64,000 nucleotides of DNA from Eledone cirrhosa (lineage: Eukaryota). Under the pieces are notes generated by a model. The model saw only the letters and a list, made by a program, of their open reading frames with translations. It was not told where the DNA came from and did not search any database. Location: contig OZ024753.1 of assembly GCA_964016885.1 (NCBI GenBank), positions 8,680,001-8,744,000 on the forward strand, written 5' to 3'. The position numbers were made by a program, and so were the translations under genes. Shown piece by piece: positions 52,537-64,000 of the stretch (position 1 is the first letter of the stretch; every line of letters starts with the position of its first letter).

Positions 52537-53739
52537 TACTCATCTTTTTTCCATTTCTTAGAGGGTTCTAAACCACACTACCAAGCTAAAATTTCTTTAG
52601 TAAAAAAAAAATATGGCGAAAGCTTCTATTTCTAATTTCAAACTCATTCACTGTTTCAAAACATACTTACTTAATAAATAATTATTTTTAAAACAATAAC
52701 GAGTGAAATTTAGAGAATTCTTTGTTTAACGATGTCAAAGAAATACAAGACATCAACATATCATTGGTAAATACTTTTACAGTTTCAGTGTATTTTTAAA
52801 ACTTTCCTCTCATCTAATTACTTTGTGTTCATTACTGCTAGAAATAATTGATCTCCATATCCAACTGATACTTTTATTGATGTTTTTTGATGTTTTATTT
52901 TCAACAAAATACTTGAGAATTTGCTGTAAATAAAACATTTCTTTCTCGCTACATATACCTATCATTCATTGCTTGTTTTATGTCATGCCTCTTTATATTT
53001 GTTTCACAAGTTACTGAATTAAAATGTAACACTAGCTGAGTGGTAATTTTCATTATTAACACTGTCATATCACTAAAAGACTTGCTTCTTTGATTTATAT
53101 TCATGTCACATTTATGAGAACGGGACTTTATTCTCCTGATTTTACCATTACTTCGTCAGTTTAAACCAGAAGATTTTGATTATGGCTCTTCCAGAGCATC
53201 TCCCTTGCCATCCTCTGGGGGAAATGTCTTCTCCAGTCTGCTCACTGGGGCTGTGGGGAGACCAACACATGGGACCCCATTTGCTCACCATACAGAGAGA
53301 TGGGGAGGGCGAGAGAGATGGAGGCGATGAAAATGGGAGTTTGGCCTTTCCACGTTCAGACCATATCCTTGTGGTTGGGTTCATTATCTATATAGAAAAT
53401 CTACACACTGGTATCTGTCTATCTAGCTACCAATGGTTTCACATACATTATCTTATTCTTGTACATATTATTGGGAAATATATGTAAATTTGTCACTCAG
53501 ACAACTAAGAGAACTTTTTTAAAGCAAACATTTAGTAATTGAGGGTTTCATTTCAGCATAGCATTTGAGAAGGATCATCTCGCTATAACCAAAATGCTAA
53601 AGAATTTTGATCCAAATTATACTCTGTTCTCTATAAACTCATCTACATGAAAACCCAGTCCCCCTAGCTGTGTGCACATCTGTCCATCTTTTTATCTGTC
53701 TTCAAATCTGTCTATCTTTGTATCTATCTATCTATCTAT

Positions 53740-54127
53740 CTCTTCTTTAAATATCACTTCAGAAAGAAGGTGAGAGTGGAGAGAGAGGTGCTACACTCCA
53801 GTAAATTCGCTGAAAGGTGGGTGAATGTGGCAAAAATGGCCCGAGTGAATGGGCCTTCTCTGTATATAAACTTGTAGGTTGAGGAACACAAATAGAGGGA
53901 AGATAGGAACACCTACAAAACGTGTTCCTGGTGCTGGGGGTCGTTTTATCTACAGAGTCTAAAACAACCCCACAGTAACGTTCTCCTCTATTGGGGACTT
54001 CGATTGTTTTATTTTGTATATATTTTATTGTTATCCATTATTGTTGTTAAAGATTTTATGTAAAACCCCTGCTGTGACGTCTTGTAATGTCCCATTTTTG
54101 TACGCCCTTGTCACAAATAAAGAAATC
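53740..54127 (+). mobile_element. Tx1-clade LINE 3' fragment inside (TATC)n
   Basis: Manual translation FFKYHFRKKVRVEREVLHSSKFAERWVNVAKM is homologous to the 26660-26959 ORF; ends aataaagaaatc followed by (TATC)n. Confidence 0.8.
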
Positions 54128-54281
54128 TATCTATCTATCTATCTACCTATCTATCTACCTACCTATCTATCTATCTACCTATCTATCTATCTTTGTATCT
54201 ATCTATTTATCTATATAATGTAATATTATGTAATATAAATGCTTATTTCTAAAGTGGTGTTTATATTTCTTTTTATTACAG

Positions 54282-54469
54282 AACCATCAGGACGACATCA
54301 GAATACTAGTAATTCAAATAATAACAATAACAACAACAACAACAGCAACAACAATAGTAATAATAACAGAATGGACAAAACTGAATCATCAGCTTCGAAA
54401 ATATTTAATTCACTGACTGTACCAGCTCTGATTTTCTACACAGTTTGGTGGAACTTAGCGTTTTCCTGA
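54282..54469 (+). CDS. Candidate terminal coding exon: Asn-rich stalk plus GPI-anchor-like hydrophobic C-terminus
   Basis: Acceptor tttctttttattacAG; phase-1 frame PSGRHQNTSNS(N-rich)RMDKTESSASKIFNSLTVPALIFYTVWWNLAFS-stop; unique UTR-like sequence follows. Confidence 0.55.
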
Positions 54470-55034
54470 AAACTGCTGGAATTTTTAGAGTAAATTTGTA
54501 TAATATGGGGGAAAAAATGCCGGAAAAGGTTGTAAACTGTTTAGCAAAGTGTAAATCAATGGAGATATCCAGTGTTTGCTCTTCAGGCATGAAAAACAGG
54601 TCTGCTGGAATAAGAGCAATTCCAAAGAGAAGAGGAAGGCCAACGCTCTTAACTATAGTTAAAAGCCTCTGTGGACAAGCAGTTAGATGAATTATCCATA
54701 GTGCTATGTAAGAAGACACAGGCCAAGGGCAAAATAACTAACACACTGTTAAATAATAAGATAAAGTGATACAAAGATGAAATAAGAAGAATACAAAGGA
54801 ATTACTTGGAAGAATCTAGAATAAAATGAAATGAAATTTTTATGATTGCATCATAAAAATATATATGAATAAATATACATAATAGTAATGTATTTTTATA
54901 TTAGTAAGTATAGATTATATGAAAAAACGATCACTACCATTAACAGAATATCATTATAATTATTATTACTATTATTATTATTTATTATTAATAATATTAT
55001 TATTATTATTACTATTAAGGGTGTATTAGATAGG

Positions 55035-55041
55035 TATAATA

Positions 55042-55074
<33 letters not shown>

Positions 55075-55307
55075 GTGTGGGCATATATATATAAAGTATG
55101 CATGTGTGTGTGTGTGTATATATATTTGTGTATATATATATATATTATGTATATATATATATATATTATATATATTATGTATATATATTATGTATATATA
55201 TATGTATATATATGTATATATATATTATGTATATATATATATTATGTATATATATATATTATGTATATATATATATATATATATGTATATGTATATATAT
55301 ATATATG

Positions 55308-55354
<47 letters not shown>

Positions 55355-55355
55355 G

Positions 55356-55421
<66 letters not shown>

Positions 55422-55457
55422 TGTATATATATGTATATATATATGTATATATATGTG

Positions 55458-55532
<75 letters not shown>

Positions 55533-55557
55533 GTGTATATATATATATATATATGTG

Positions 55558-55610
<53 letters not shown>

Positions 55611-55613
55611 GTG

Positions 55614-55644
<31 letters not shown>

Positions 55645-55739
55645 GTGTATATATATATATATGTATATATGTATATATATGTATATATATGTATATATAT
55701 ATATATATGTATATATATGTATATATATGTATATATATG

Positions 55740-55819
<80 letters not shown>

Positions 55820-56203
55820 CCCTTGCAAGCAGGGAAAAGCGGACGTAAAATGTTGATGATGATATATATATTATGTATATATATATATATACATATATAT
55901 ATAACAGCCGTACTAAGAGTGAGAAATGAAATTTTGTTTCATTTTTTCCGTTTATATATATATATATATATAATGGAATGTATGTATATATATATAATGC
56001 ATATATGTAATGTATATATGGAATGTATATATATATATATATATATATAATGCATATATGTAATGTACGTATATAATGTATGTATGTATACATATATATA
56101 CATATGTATATGTATGTATATATAGATATAGTTAGATAGATGGATATGGGTAACATATATATATATATATATATGCATGTAGCTATATGAATGTACATAT
56201 ATG

Positions 56204-56281
<78 letters not shown>

Positions 56282-57001
56282 TAGAGGATACAATAATATG
56301 GAAAATTATAGCAATTTTGAAGATATGAAAGCATTTTTTATGGACAGCAAAAATTTAAGATTTATACTTACAACAAAAGATGAAAATTATCCAATTTCAT
56401 CTGAAGCAAATGGAAAAAAATGTATACAGATTTAAATTCCAATTCTTCTTTGGTACAGAAGAATTTTGATTGAGAAGTATTTCTAGTTGGTAGGAAGAAT
56501 TTGAATAATATATTTACTTTTATAATATCTAAGTTGGTAGAAGCATGTTTATATATATATATACGTATGTATGTGTGTGTGTGTGTGTGTGTTTGTTTGT
56601 GTTATTTATATACGCATAAAAATATATATATATATGTGTGTGTGTGTGCGTGTCTTTATATATATATATATATATATTTATTTAGATATATATGTAATAT
56701 ATATTTATATACATATATATTCATATATATATATATGTGTATATATATAAATATTCATATATATATATATGTGTGTATATATATATTCATATATATATGT
56801 GTGTATATATATGTGTGTATGTATATATGTGTGTATATATTCATATATATATGTTTATATATATGTGTGTATATATATATGTATTATATATATATTTCAT
56901 ATATATAAATATTATATATATACATATATATATAAATATATATATATATATTTATTTAGATATATATGTAATATATATTTATATACATATATATTCATAT
57001 A

Positions 57002-57087
<86 letters not shown>

Positions 57088-57090
57088 CAC
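55035..57090. repeat. Long (TA)/(TATG) microsatellite fields
   Basis: Read directly; an isolated RTE/SINE tail sits at 55819-55863. Confidence 0.95.
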
Positions 57091-57694
57091 ACCAATGACA
57101 GGTATTCTAAATAAAGTATCCATATGTATTTATATTATATATTTACTTTAATACAAAGTTACGTTAAACAAAGAAACATTCTTTAGGAGAAAAAAATCAT
57201 CAAAACATTTTTTTCTTTTCTTCACATTTTTTTTTCCAATTTAGAAAATAGTTTTTTTTCTTTCTATATGCTTTTTTTTTTCACTTTTTCTTTTTAATGG
57301 AATAGAATTTTCACTACTATTTTAGAAAATTCAGTAGCATACGACAGTAGTTGTCAGTGAAGCCCTGATTATTCACATAGCTCAAGGATAAAGCTTGTTG
57401 AAGCAGAAGGCAAAAAGTTTTTTGGGTTTTTTTTTTTAAAAAGGCAGCTTTTGGCCAAAGATTCCCTAAGAAAGATTCAACCTTATTTTTTCTGGAAACA
57501 GATGAGCAATATGTTCGAAGAATGATGATAAACGGGTTATATATTTCAAACAAAGTAAAACAAAAAACAAACAGAAAAAGGTATTTTTTTTTTTTTTCGT
57601 TTGTCATTTATGATCAGGATACACATTATAAAATCACCAGTTATACATTGATCATGATGATGGATCTAAAGAAGATTTATTGTTGGAATCAATT

Positions 57695-57760
<66 letters not shown>

Positions 57761-59277
57761 TCATTTTTTTCTACTCAGTTTCAATTCAGTGCATTTGAAA
57801 TTTACAAACTTTACACTTGCAGTCTCTACACATACACATTATACATATATATATACATTCATAAACACTCAGAGAATTTACAAATGCTTTATATACATTT
57901 TACCAACTGTGCAGCTCTGAACATTAGCAATATATTAATATAGAGCTGTTCAGTTTAAAAGTCAAAGCTTGAAAGCTTTGTCACAACAGCAAACATTTTG
58001 TCACTCTAAGTTATAGCAGGTTATATGGTGATGTTTTGTCAAGTCTTTCATTTTCTTGCAGAAGTACAAACAGATTTGTCTACTAATTATGTGTATTGAT
58101 GTTGAGCATCATTTCTCAATATATCCAATATGCATTTAGGGAAAAATTAAAACCAGCAATGAAGCGAAAAATTATCTAAAAAAAAAGAACAATGAAAATA
58201 TACCTATATATATAAATATATATATATATGGAGACATTTTTATTCTTACAGCATTCACCAATCATTATGTATGAGTAACGATGGAGATTACTCGCAGAAC
58301 ATATTGCAAATATTAAAGGTTACTACAGAAGGACATGCAGCAACCATCAAGTAGATATGGTTTATTTTACATGTGCACACAAAATGTCTGCATGAGGAAA
58401 CTATTCTTCTACTCAACCTATTTAAACTGTTTTGGTTAAAATCCAAATAAAGAGATAAAAATCGAAACTTTAAAAACATCAGAAACCAGCAGACACAATT
58501 GGACATCAAATGAGGAAGAAGTTTTTTCTCCTCTGAAATTCTTATTTCTAACTGAAAGCTAGAAATATTTTAAAATGGGGGTAAAAAAAATTTCCCCTAA
58601 CACATATTGTTATCTTTTATGACGTGGTCATAAATCAAACTGGAGTTTTTCGGATCATATAGAAATGTCTAGTTCAAAATAGTCACTTGAAATATGCACA
58701 AGACTGTTCCATTTTCAATGTATTTTTCCTAAGTTCCTTTCTTTATCTTCATTTCAAGTGAAAGAATAGAGATAAAAATTCCAAATATTTTAATTTTAGT
58801 AAGGTTGGAAAAAGCTAAACAAGAAATTAATCTTGGATGCATAATTTGTGTATTTCCCTCTAAATAGCATGTCTCTCTATGAATTTTTGCAACTTTTTTT
58901 TTCACACTAATTTTAAATTTATGAAATCCTATCTTGACAGTCATTTGCAATTTTAGATTTTTTAAAAAAAATATTTTCTTTAGAAAATGGTATATTCAAT
59001 GGTAGTTAAAAATGAGTGATTATATTCAGTGAAGTTTATTCAGTTTACTAACATAGGCAGGATTAAATGATACCTAAACTTTGCTTGAAATATAAGGAAA
59101 TTGGCCAAATTTTAAAAGATATTACAGGTACCACTCTCAAAAGAAAACACTTTCCTGTCAAACTTGCCGCATTTTCTTAAAAATCTGATACCTAGTTATC
59201 AATAAGGATTTTTCAGTATATTTGGAAATAATTGGAATACATGCCCCTCTCTAATTGCAAATAATTTGTTATTATTA

Positions 59278-59321
<44 letters not shown>

Positions 59322-59323
<2 letters not shown>

Positions 59324-60211
59324 GGCAGTGAATTGACAGTATCAGTAGTGCGTCGGACAACATGCTTTGTGGCATAGAGTTACGGCCCTTTACGTTCTGT
59401 GTTCAAATCCCACCAAAGTTAGCTTTGCCTTTCATCCTTACACGGTCGATAAATTAAGTACCAGTAACGCACTGGAGTCAATTTAATCAACTTTCCCCTC
59501 CCCTCAAAATTGTTGGCCTTGTGCCTAAATCAGAAACCTTTATTATTAATATTAGGGCGGTGAATTGGCAGAATCAGTAGAGCGTCGGACAAAATGCTTT
59601 GTGGCATTTAGTTATGGTTCTTTATGTTCTGCATTCAAATCCCACCGGGGTTCATGGTCGATAAAATAAAGTACCAGTAATGCACTGGGGTTGATATTAT
59701 AGACTTCCCTTCTCCCCAAAATTGCTGGCCTGTTGCCTATATAAGAAAGCATTATTGTTATAATTATTAGGGGAGTGGATTGGCAGAATCGGTAGAGCAC
59801 TGGACCCAATGCTTTACAGCATTTAGTTACAACTCTCTGCATTCTGAGTTCATATCCACTGAGCTCAACTTTGCCTTGTATCCTTCAGGGGACAGGTAGA
59901 ATAAAGTACCAGTTATGTACGGGGCTCAATGTAATTGACTTTCCTCCCCAATTGTTGGCCTTACGCCAAAATTATTAGGACAGTGGGTTGTCAGAGACAT
60001 TAGAGCATTCAATAAAATGTCTTGCCATATTTTTAGTTATGGCTCTTATGTTCTGAGTTCAAATCCTGCTGAGGTCAACTTGCCTTTCATCCTTCCAGGT
60101 TTGATGAAATAAAGTACCAGTAAAATACTGGGGTTGATTTAACCAACTTAACCCTCCCCCATATTGCAGGCTTCATGCCTAAATTGGAAATTGTTATTGT
60201 TACCGTTGTTG

Positions 60212-60251
<40 letters not shown>

Positions 60252-60482
60252 GGTGGAGTGACAGTATTTATAGAGCATGAGACAAAGTGCTTTATAGTAT
60301 TTAGTTATAACTGTCTACATTCTGAGTTCAAAAATCCCACCGCGGTCAACTTTGCCTATCAGCCTTTTGAGGTCGATAAAATAAAGTACCAGTGAAATAC
60401 TGGGTCGATTTAATCGACTTTCCCCTCCCCCTCAAATTGCTGGCCTTGTGCCTAAAGTAGAAACAATTACTATTATTATTAT
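59322..60482 (+). mobile_element. Head-to-tail array of five Nin-type SINEs
   Basis: Heads at about 59323, 59555, 59770, 59978 and 60252, each with core and (TTA)n tail. Confidence 0.85.
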
Positions 60483-61955
60483 TATCATTAATTGGTAGGG
60501 ATTGTGACTGAATATGGATAAGTTTCAGCTCACTTCATGAACGAAAAAAGAAAAAAACTCCAGTGTCAAATAACTTCAAATTCATCATTGCCTTCACATC
60601 CCCCCTGCCCTTCTCCCACATACCTACTTCAACTGCTGGCTGTAGGTAGTGACCTTTTTAACCATTGGTCAGTTTACCTTACAGGAAACAGACTGCTTTT
60701 TTTTCCTCATAACTTCAGATTCATATTTCTACCTGTATCCATAAAAATATTAGAAACTCTGATAGAAAAACAAAATATATATACGAAATATTCATAAAAC
60801 AGAAACCGTGTTTTATGTATCAAAAACGATCATTGCAGAAAACAAACGAACGAAGAAACAGAAAACAAGAAAAATAAGTGAAAAAAAAAGAAACGAAACA
60901 ATTTGACATCATGAGGATTCTTGTTATTTTACACGTGCTGAAGATTTTTACAAAGAAATGTTATTGTTCTCATTGACTATTTTCCATTCTTCCTCCCAGA
61001 TCCCTGTAAACCTTGTTTTTTTTTTGTTGTTGTTTTTTGTTGTTTTCTTTTGTTGTTTTTTTTTTGTTATTTTTTTTTTAATCATCTGCTGAATCAAAAG
61101 AATCAACAAATAAACATCATCCGTTTCTTCACTTTAAAACTGTTAAAATTAGGCAAAAACATATGATTATATATGTTATGTTCTCAATTACTTTCATAGT
61201 TCTTTTGTTAATGGAACAGACTTGTTATTATTTACACATATAATATATACTTATGGCTCCAGGATTCTTCAATTTTTGGTGCCATGAGACCAGCAGCAAG
61301 TTTTGCAAGACTGAAACGAAAAATAAAATAAAATGAAATAAAATGAACAAGTAAATGAATAAAATTTGCATTTTACCATTTTACCAGATTCTAAGCTGGT
61401 AAAGAATTGGAGTGAAGATTTGAAGAACAAAGAGAGAGAAATTTATTATTATTAGGTGGTTTGTTTTAAGAACCAGCTCGTGTACCCCAGAAATCCTTCA
61501 TGTTGTTATTTGTAAGTTTGTAAACTATGAAATAAATTAAAATTTCCAAAAAAAAGAAAATGAAAGAAAAAATTTACCATACAAGCATAGCCTGACGAAA
61601 ATGTATGAAAATATTTAAAAGCATTTGTTTGAAAGAAAAGAAAAATAATAATGATGATAATAATAAATGTTATGCTTGCAAAACATTTGCAGTTATGTGC
61701 TCTATATTTTTCTTTCTTTTTTGTGTGTTCTTTCTCTTATTGAAGTTATTTTTATCCATCTTTCTACCCCAGTCTAGTACTGGGGTTGATTCCTCCTCTA
61801 TATCCAATGAAAGACACTGGCTACGATTTCCAAATAATCGTGAATATGGAGAGGTTTGATAATATAAGTAACATTCTCCTTATCAGGCTGGTGTTTGGAA
61901 CATAACTTAACAAAGGTTCAAATCCTGCTATGACCTACTTTTTGATGACTTATAA

Positions 61956-62248
61956 CAGGCATGGGCAATCTTCTACGAGAAGCGGGCCGCATGAGATATG
62001 GCTCATCATCAGGTGGGTCACAAGTGCTAATTTACATTTGTGCCCACATTAAAAACAAAGGGCGGTAACTCAGGTTGTTTTTATTTTGTTTCTTCAGCAT
62101 TCATACATGTTGTTTTCTTCGATCGTAAAAATGATAGAAAGATAAATTACGACTGAAAAGTTGGGGTAAAAAAATCAGAAAGATTCCACTTAGGTGACTT
62201 AGGCAAGCCATTCAGAAAGCTTCATGGGCTGCAGGTTGGCCATGACTG
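61956..62248. mobile_element. hAT-type MITE
   Basis: TIRs caggcatgggcaa and ttggccatgactg; subterminal gcgggccgca; no clean 8-bp TSD. Confidence 0.55.
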
Positions 62249-62653
62249 CTCTGTATCTCTTTCTCACTACCATTCTCTCACTCTCTATCCTTTTCTGGAA
62301 GAAATCTGCTGTATTCAGACCTGGATAGGAAATGGGCTCTGCCAGGTTTCAAAATTCCCTAGAAATGCTGCATATGAATATAACATCCTTACGACTCCCT
62401 AAGGAATTATAACTGCATTCTTTCATTCCAGAACTATGTTGAAAAATAAACCTCATTTGGTCATTCTATGAGAGTATCTTGGTCAGCCTCAGAACTTTTC
62501 ATCTGATTGTCATAAATAAAGACATGATGAATGTTTAAAAAAAAATCACTTTGCCATCATGTGTACCCAGGTTCAAACCCACTACATGGATCAATAGGTA
62601 TCTTTGCTATAGATTCATGTAGACCCAAGCTTTGTTAAATCGGGTAGCCAGAC

Positions 62654-63155
62654 ATCATCATCATCATCATCGTTTAACGTCCATATTCCACACTTGCATG
62701 GGTTTGGACGGGGGTTTTCCCACTTGAGGCAAGAGTGGTTGTCTTGCTCGCATAGGACTGTCTGGCGGGTTTTCTACGGCTGGATGCCCTTCCTAACACC
62801 AACCACATTTACAGTGTGGAACTGGGAGGTTTTTACCGTGTTGCCTACACTGCCACATTACAGCGTGGACTGTGTGTTTTTTTGTCGTGACACCTACACG
62901 ACCTCATTTGTTTCGGGCTGGATGTTGTGGTACCAACATAACTTTACATTGAAGGGGTGGTGTGGATGGGGTGGGGGTAGTGGGACGGGGTGTATTTTGT
63001 TAGAGGTGCCTACTGACTGTAGTAGGTTACACTTTGTACTTAGGTAAGGCGGGTCTTCTCTATTACTGTGTAGTGCCAAAGCTCTCGGTCCAGTGACATT
63101 GTCTTGGAGAGGTGTAAGTGTGTGAGGTCGGAATTTATCAAGTCGTCCCAGGTTT
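62654..63155 (-). mobile_element. RTE LINE 3' fragment, same family as 38517-39212
   Basis: TWDDLINSDLTHLHLSKTMSLDRELWHYTVIEKTRLT plus matching 3' UTR. Confidence 0.9.
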
Positions 63156-63935
63156 CTGTGTAGAAATCCATTGGATGAATTGTAACTGCAATTAACTGAA
63201 TGATGATCTTCGAAACGGATGGAGGACATATCATTTTCATTATCAACACTCATGACAGTAATTCTCTTGTTAGGAAGATACATCTATGAACTCTATGATA
63301 TGGGTGCATAATTGTAAATACACACATTTACTACATCTACATAGTTGAACCACAAGTATTTATTATGTGCCTGTGCACCTCCTACTCCAAAAAGTAAGTA
63401 TGTGTGTGTGTAGATATAATGTTATATTTAGCAAGTTTAAAAACCATGCAGAGCTTCACTTAATGACCCATTAACTCTTAACATCCAATAATGATTTAAC
63501 AGAAAATATCTAAAAGTGAATTTGTTAATTCAAATATCTATAATAGTTTTCTAGTGGACAAATTATTGTGAAAATTTTCAGTGAACTAAAATAAAGAAGT
63601 AATCTATTTTAATGTGATGCAGTTTCATGTGGTACAGGACGTTAAGAATTAAAGAACTGGCTATTTACAACATTATTTAGCCTTTTATTTATATAGTACA
63701 TGTGTCTGTATGTCCCGTTTGAAAGAGTCAGTGCTGGATTAAAGCAACTAGGAGCACTGTGCTAGAAAACATTTGAAGTCCCCAGCATCTGCTTAGAAGA
63801 AATGTAATGACACTGAAATATTCCACCATCATTCGAGTCAATATAGGCCTACACATAGATCGATCTTAAGATTCCAGCATGATTCCAGCCAAGATAGGCC
63901 CACACATAGATTGACGCTAAGATTCCAGCACCATT

Positions 63936-64000
63936 TTAACACTTTAGCATTTAAACCAGCCCTAACCAGCCAAACTTCCCTCACCTCTCTCTGTTCAAAC
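63936..64000. mobile_element. Start of a piggyBac-type MITE running off the window
   Basis: ttaacactttagcatttaaacc. Confidence 0.65.

Noticed and set aside
54445-54719. Overlapping 81-aa (+) and 104-aa (-) ORFs
   Set aside because: No recognisable domain; better explained as 3' UTR after the stop at 54469.
55067-57114. Long YI/CV-rich ORFs, also at 31-1950, 5182-5616, 41860-44945 and 46797-50309
   Set aside because: Dinucleotide microsatellite artefacts.

Overview
Eukaryotic, very AT-rich, repeat-saturated DNA. The SINE, RTE and MITE families and the dense (TA)n/(CA)n/(GAT)n tracts are typical of an octopus (coleoid cephalopod) genome; this is an inference. Almost all ORF-track entries are microsatellite or minisatellite artefacts. 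Most of the window looks like intron of a large + strand gene: a clean 27-nt microexon (12825-12851), a possible 288-nt exon (46521-46808) and a terminal exon with a GPI-signal-like end (54282-54469). The main signal is about a dozen short elements, mostly palindromic, inserted in (TA)n tracts and belonging to at least 7 sequence-unrelated families. Many carry minimal type-I hammerhead ribozymes, resembling Penelope-like pLTR remnants or retrozymes. Families whose single-copy tail is preserved share a covarying bulged hairpin in it (ACUC-stem...stem-UN-GAGU, usually followed by RCU). Also present: tRNA-derived SINEs, RTE, Tx1 and R4-like LINE relics, piggyBac, mariner and hAT-type MITEs, Helitron-like pieces, and minisatellites born from SINE/LINE parts. 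All folding and alignment was done by eye; coordinates may be off by a few bases.
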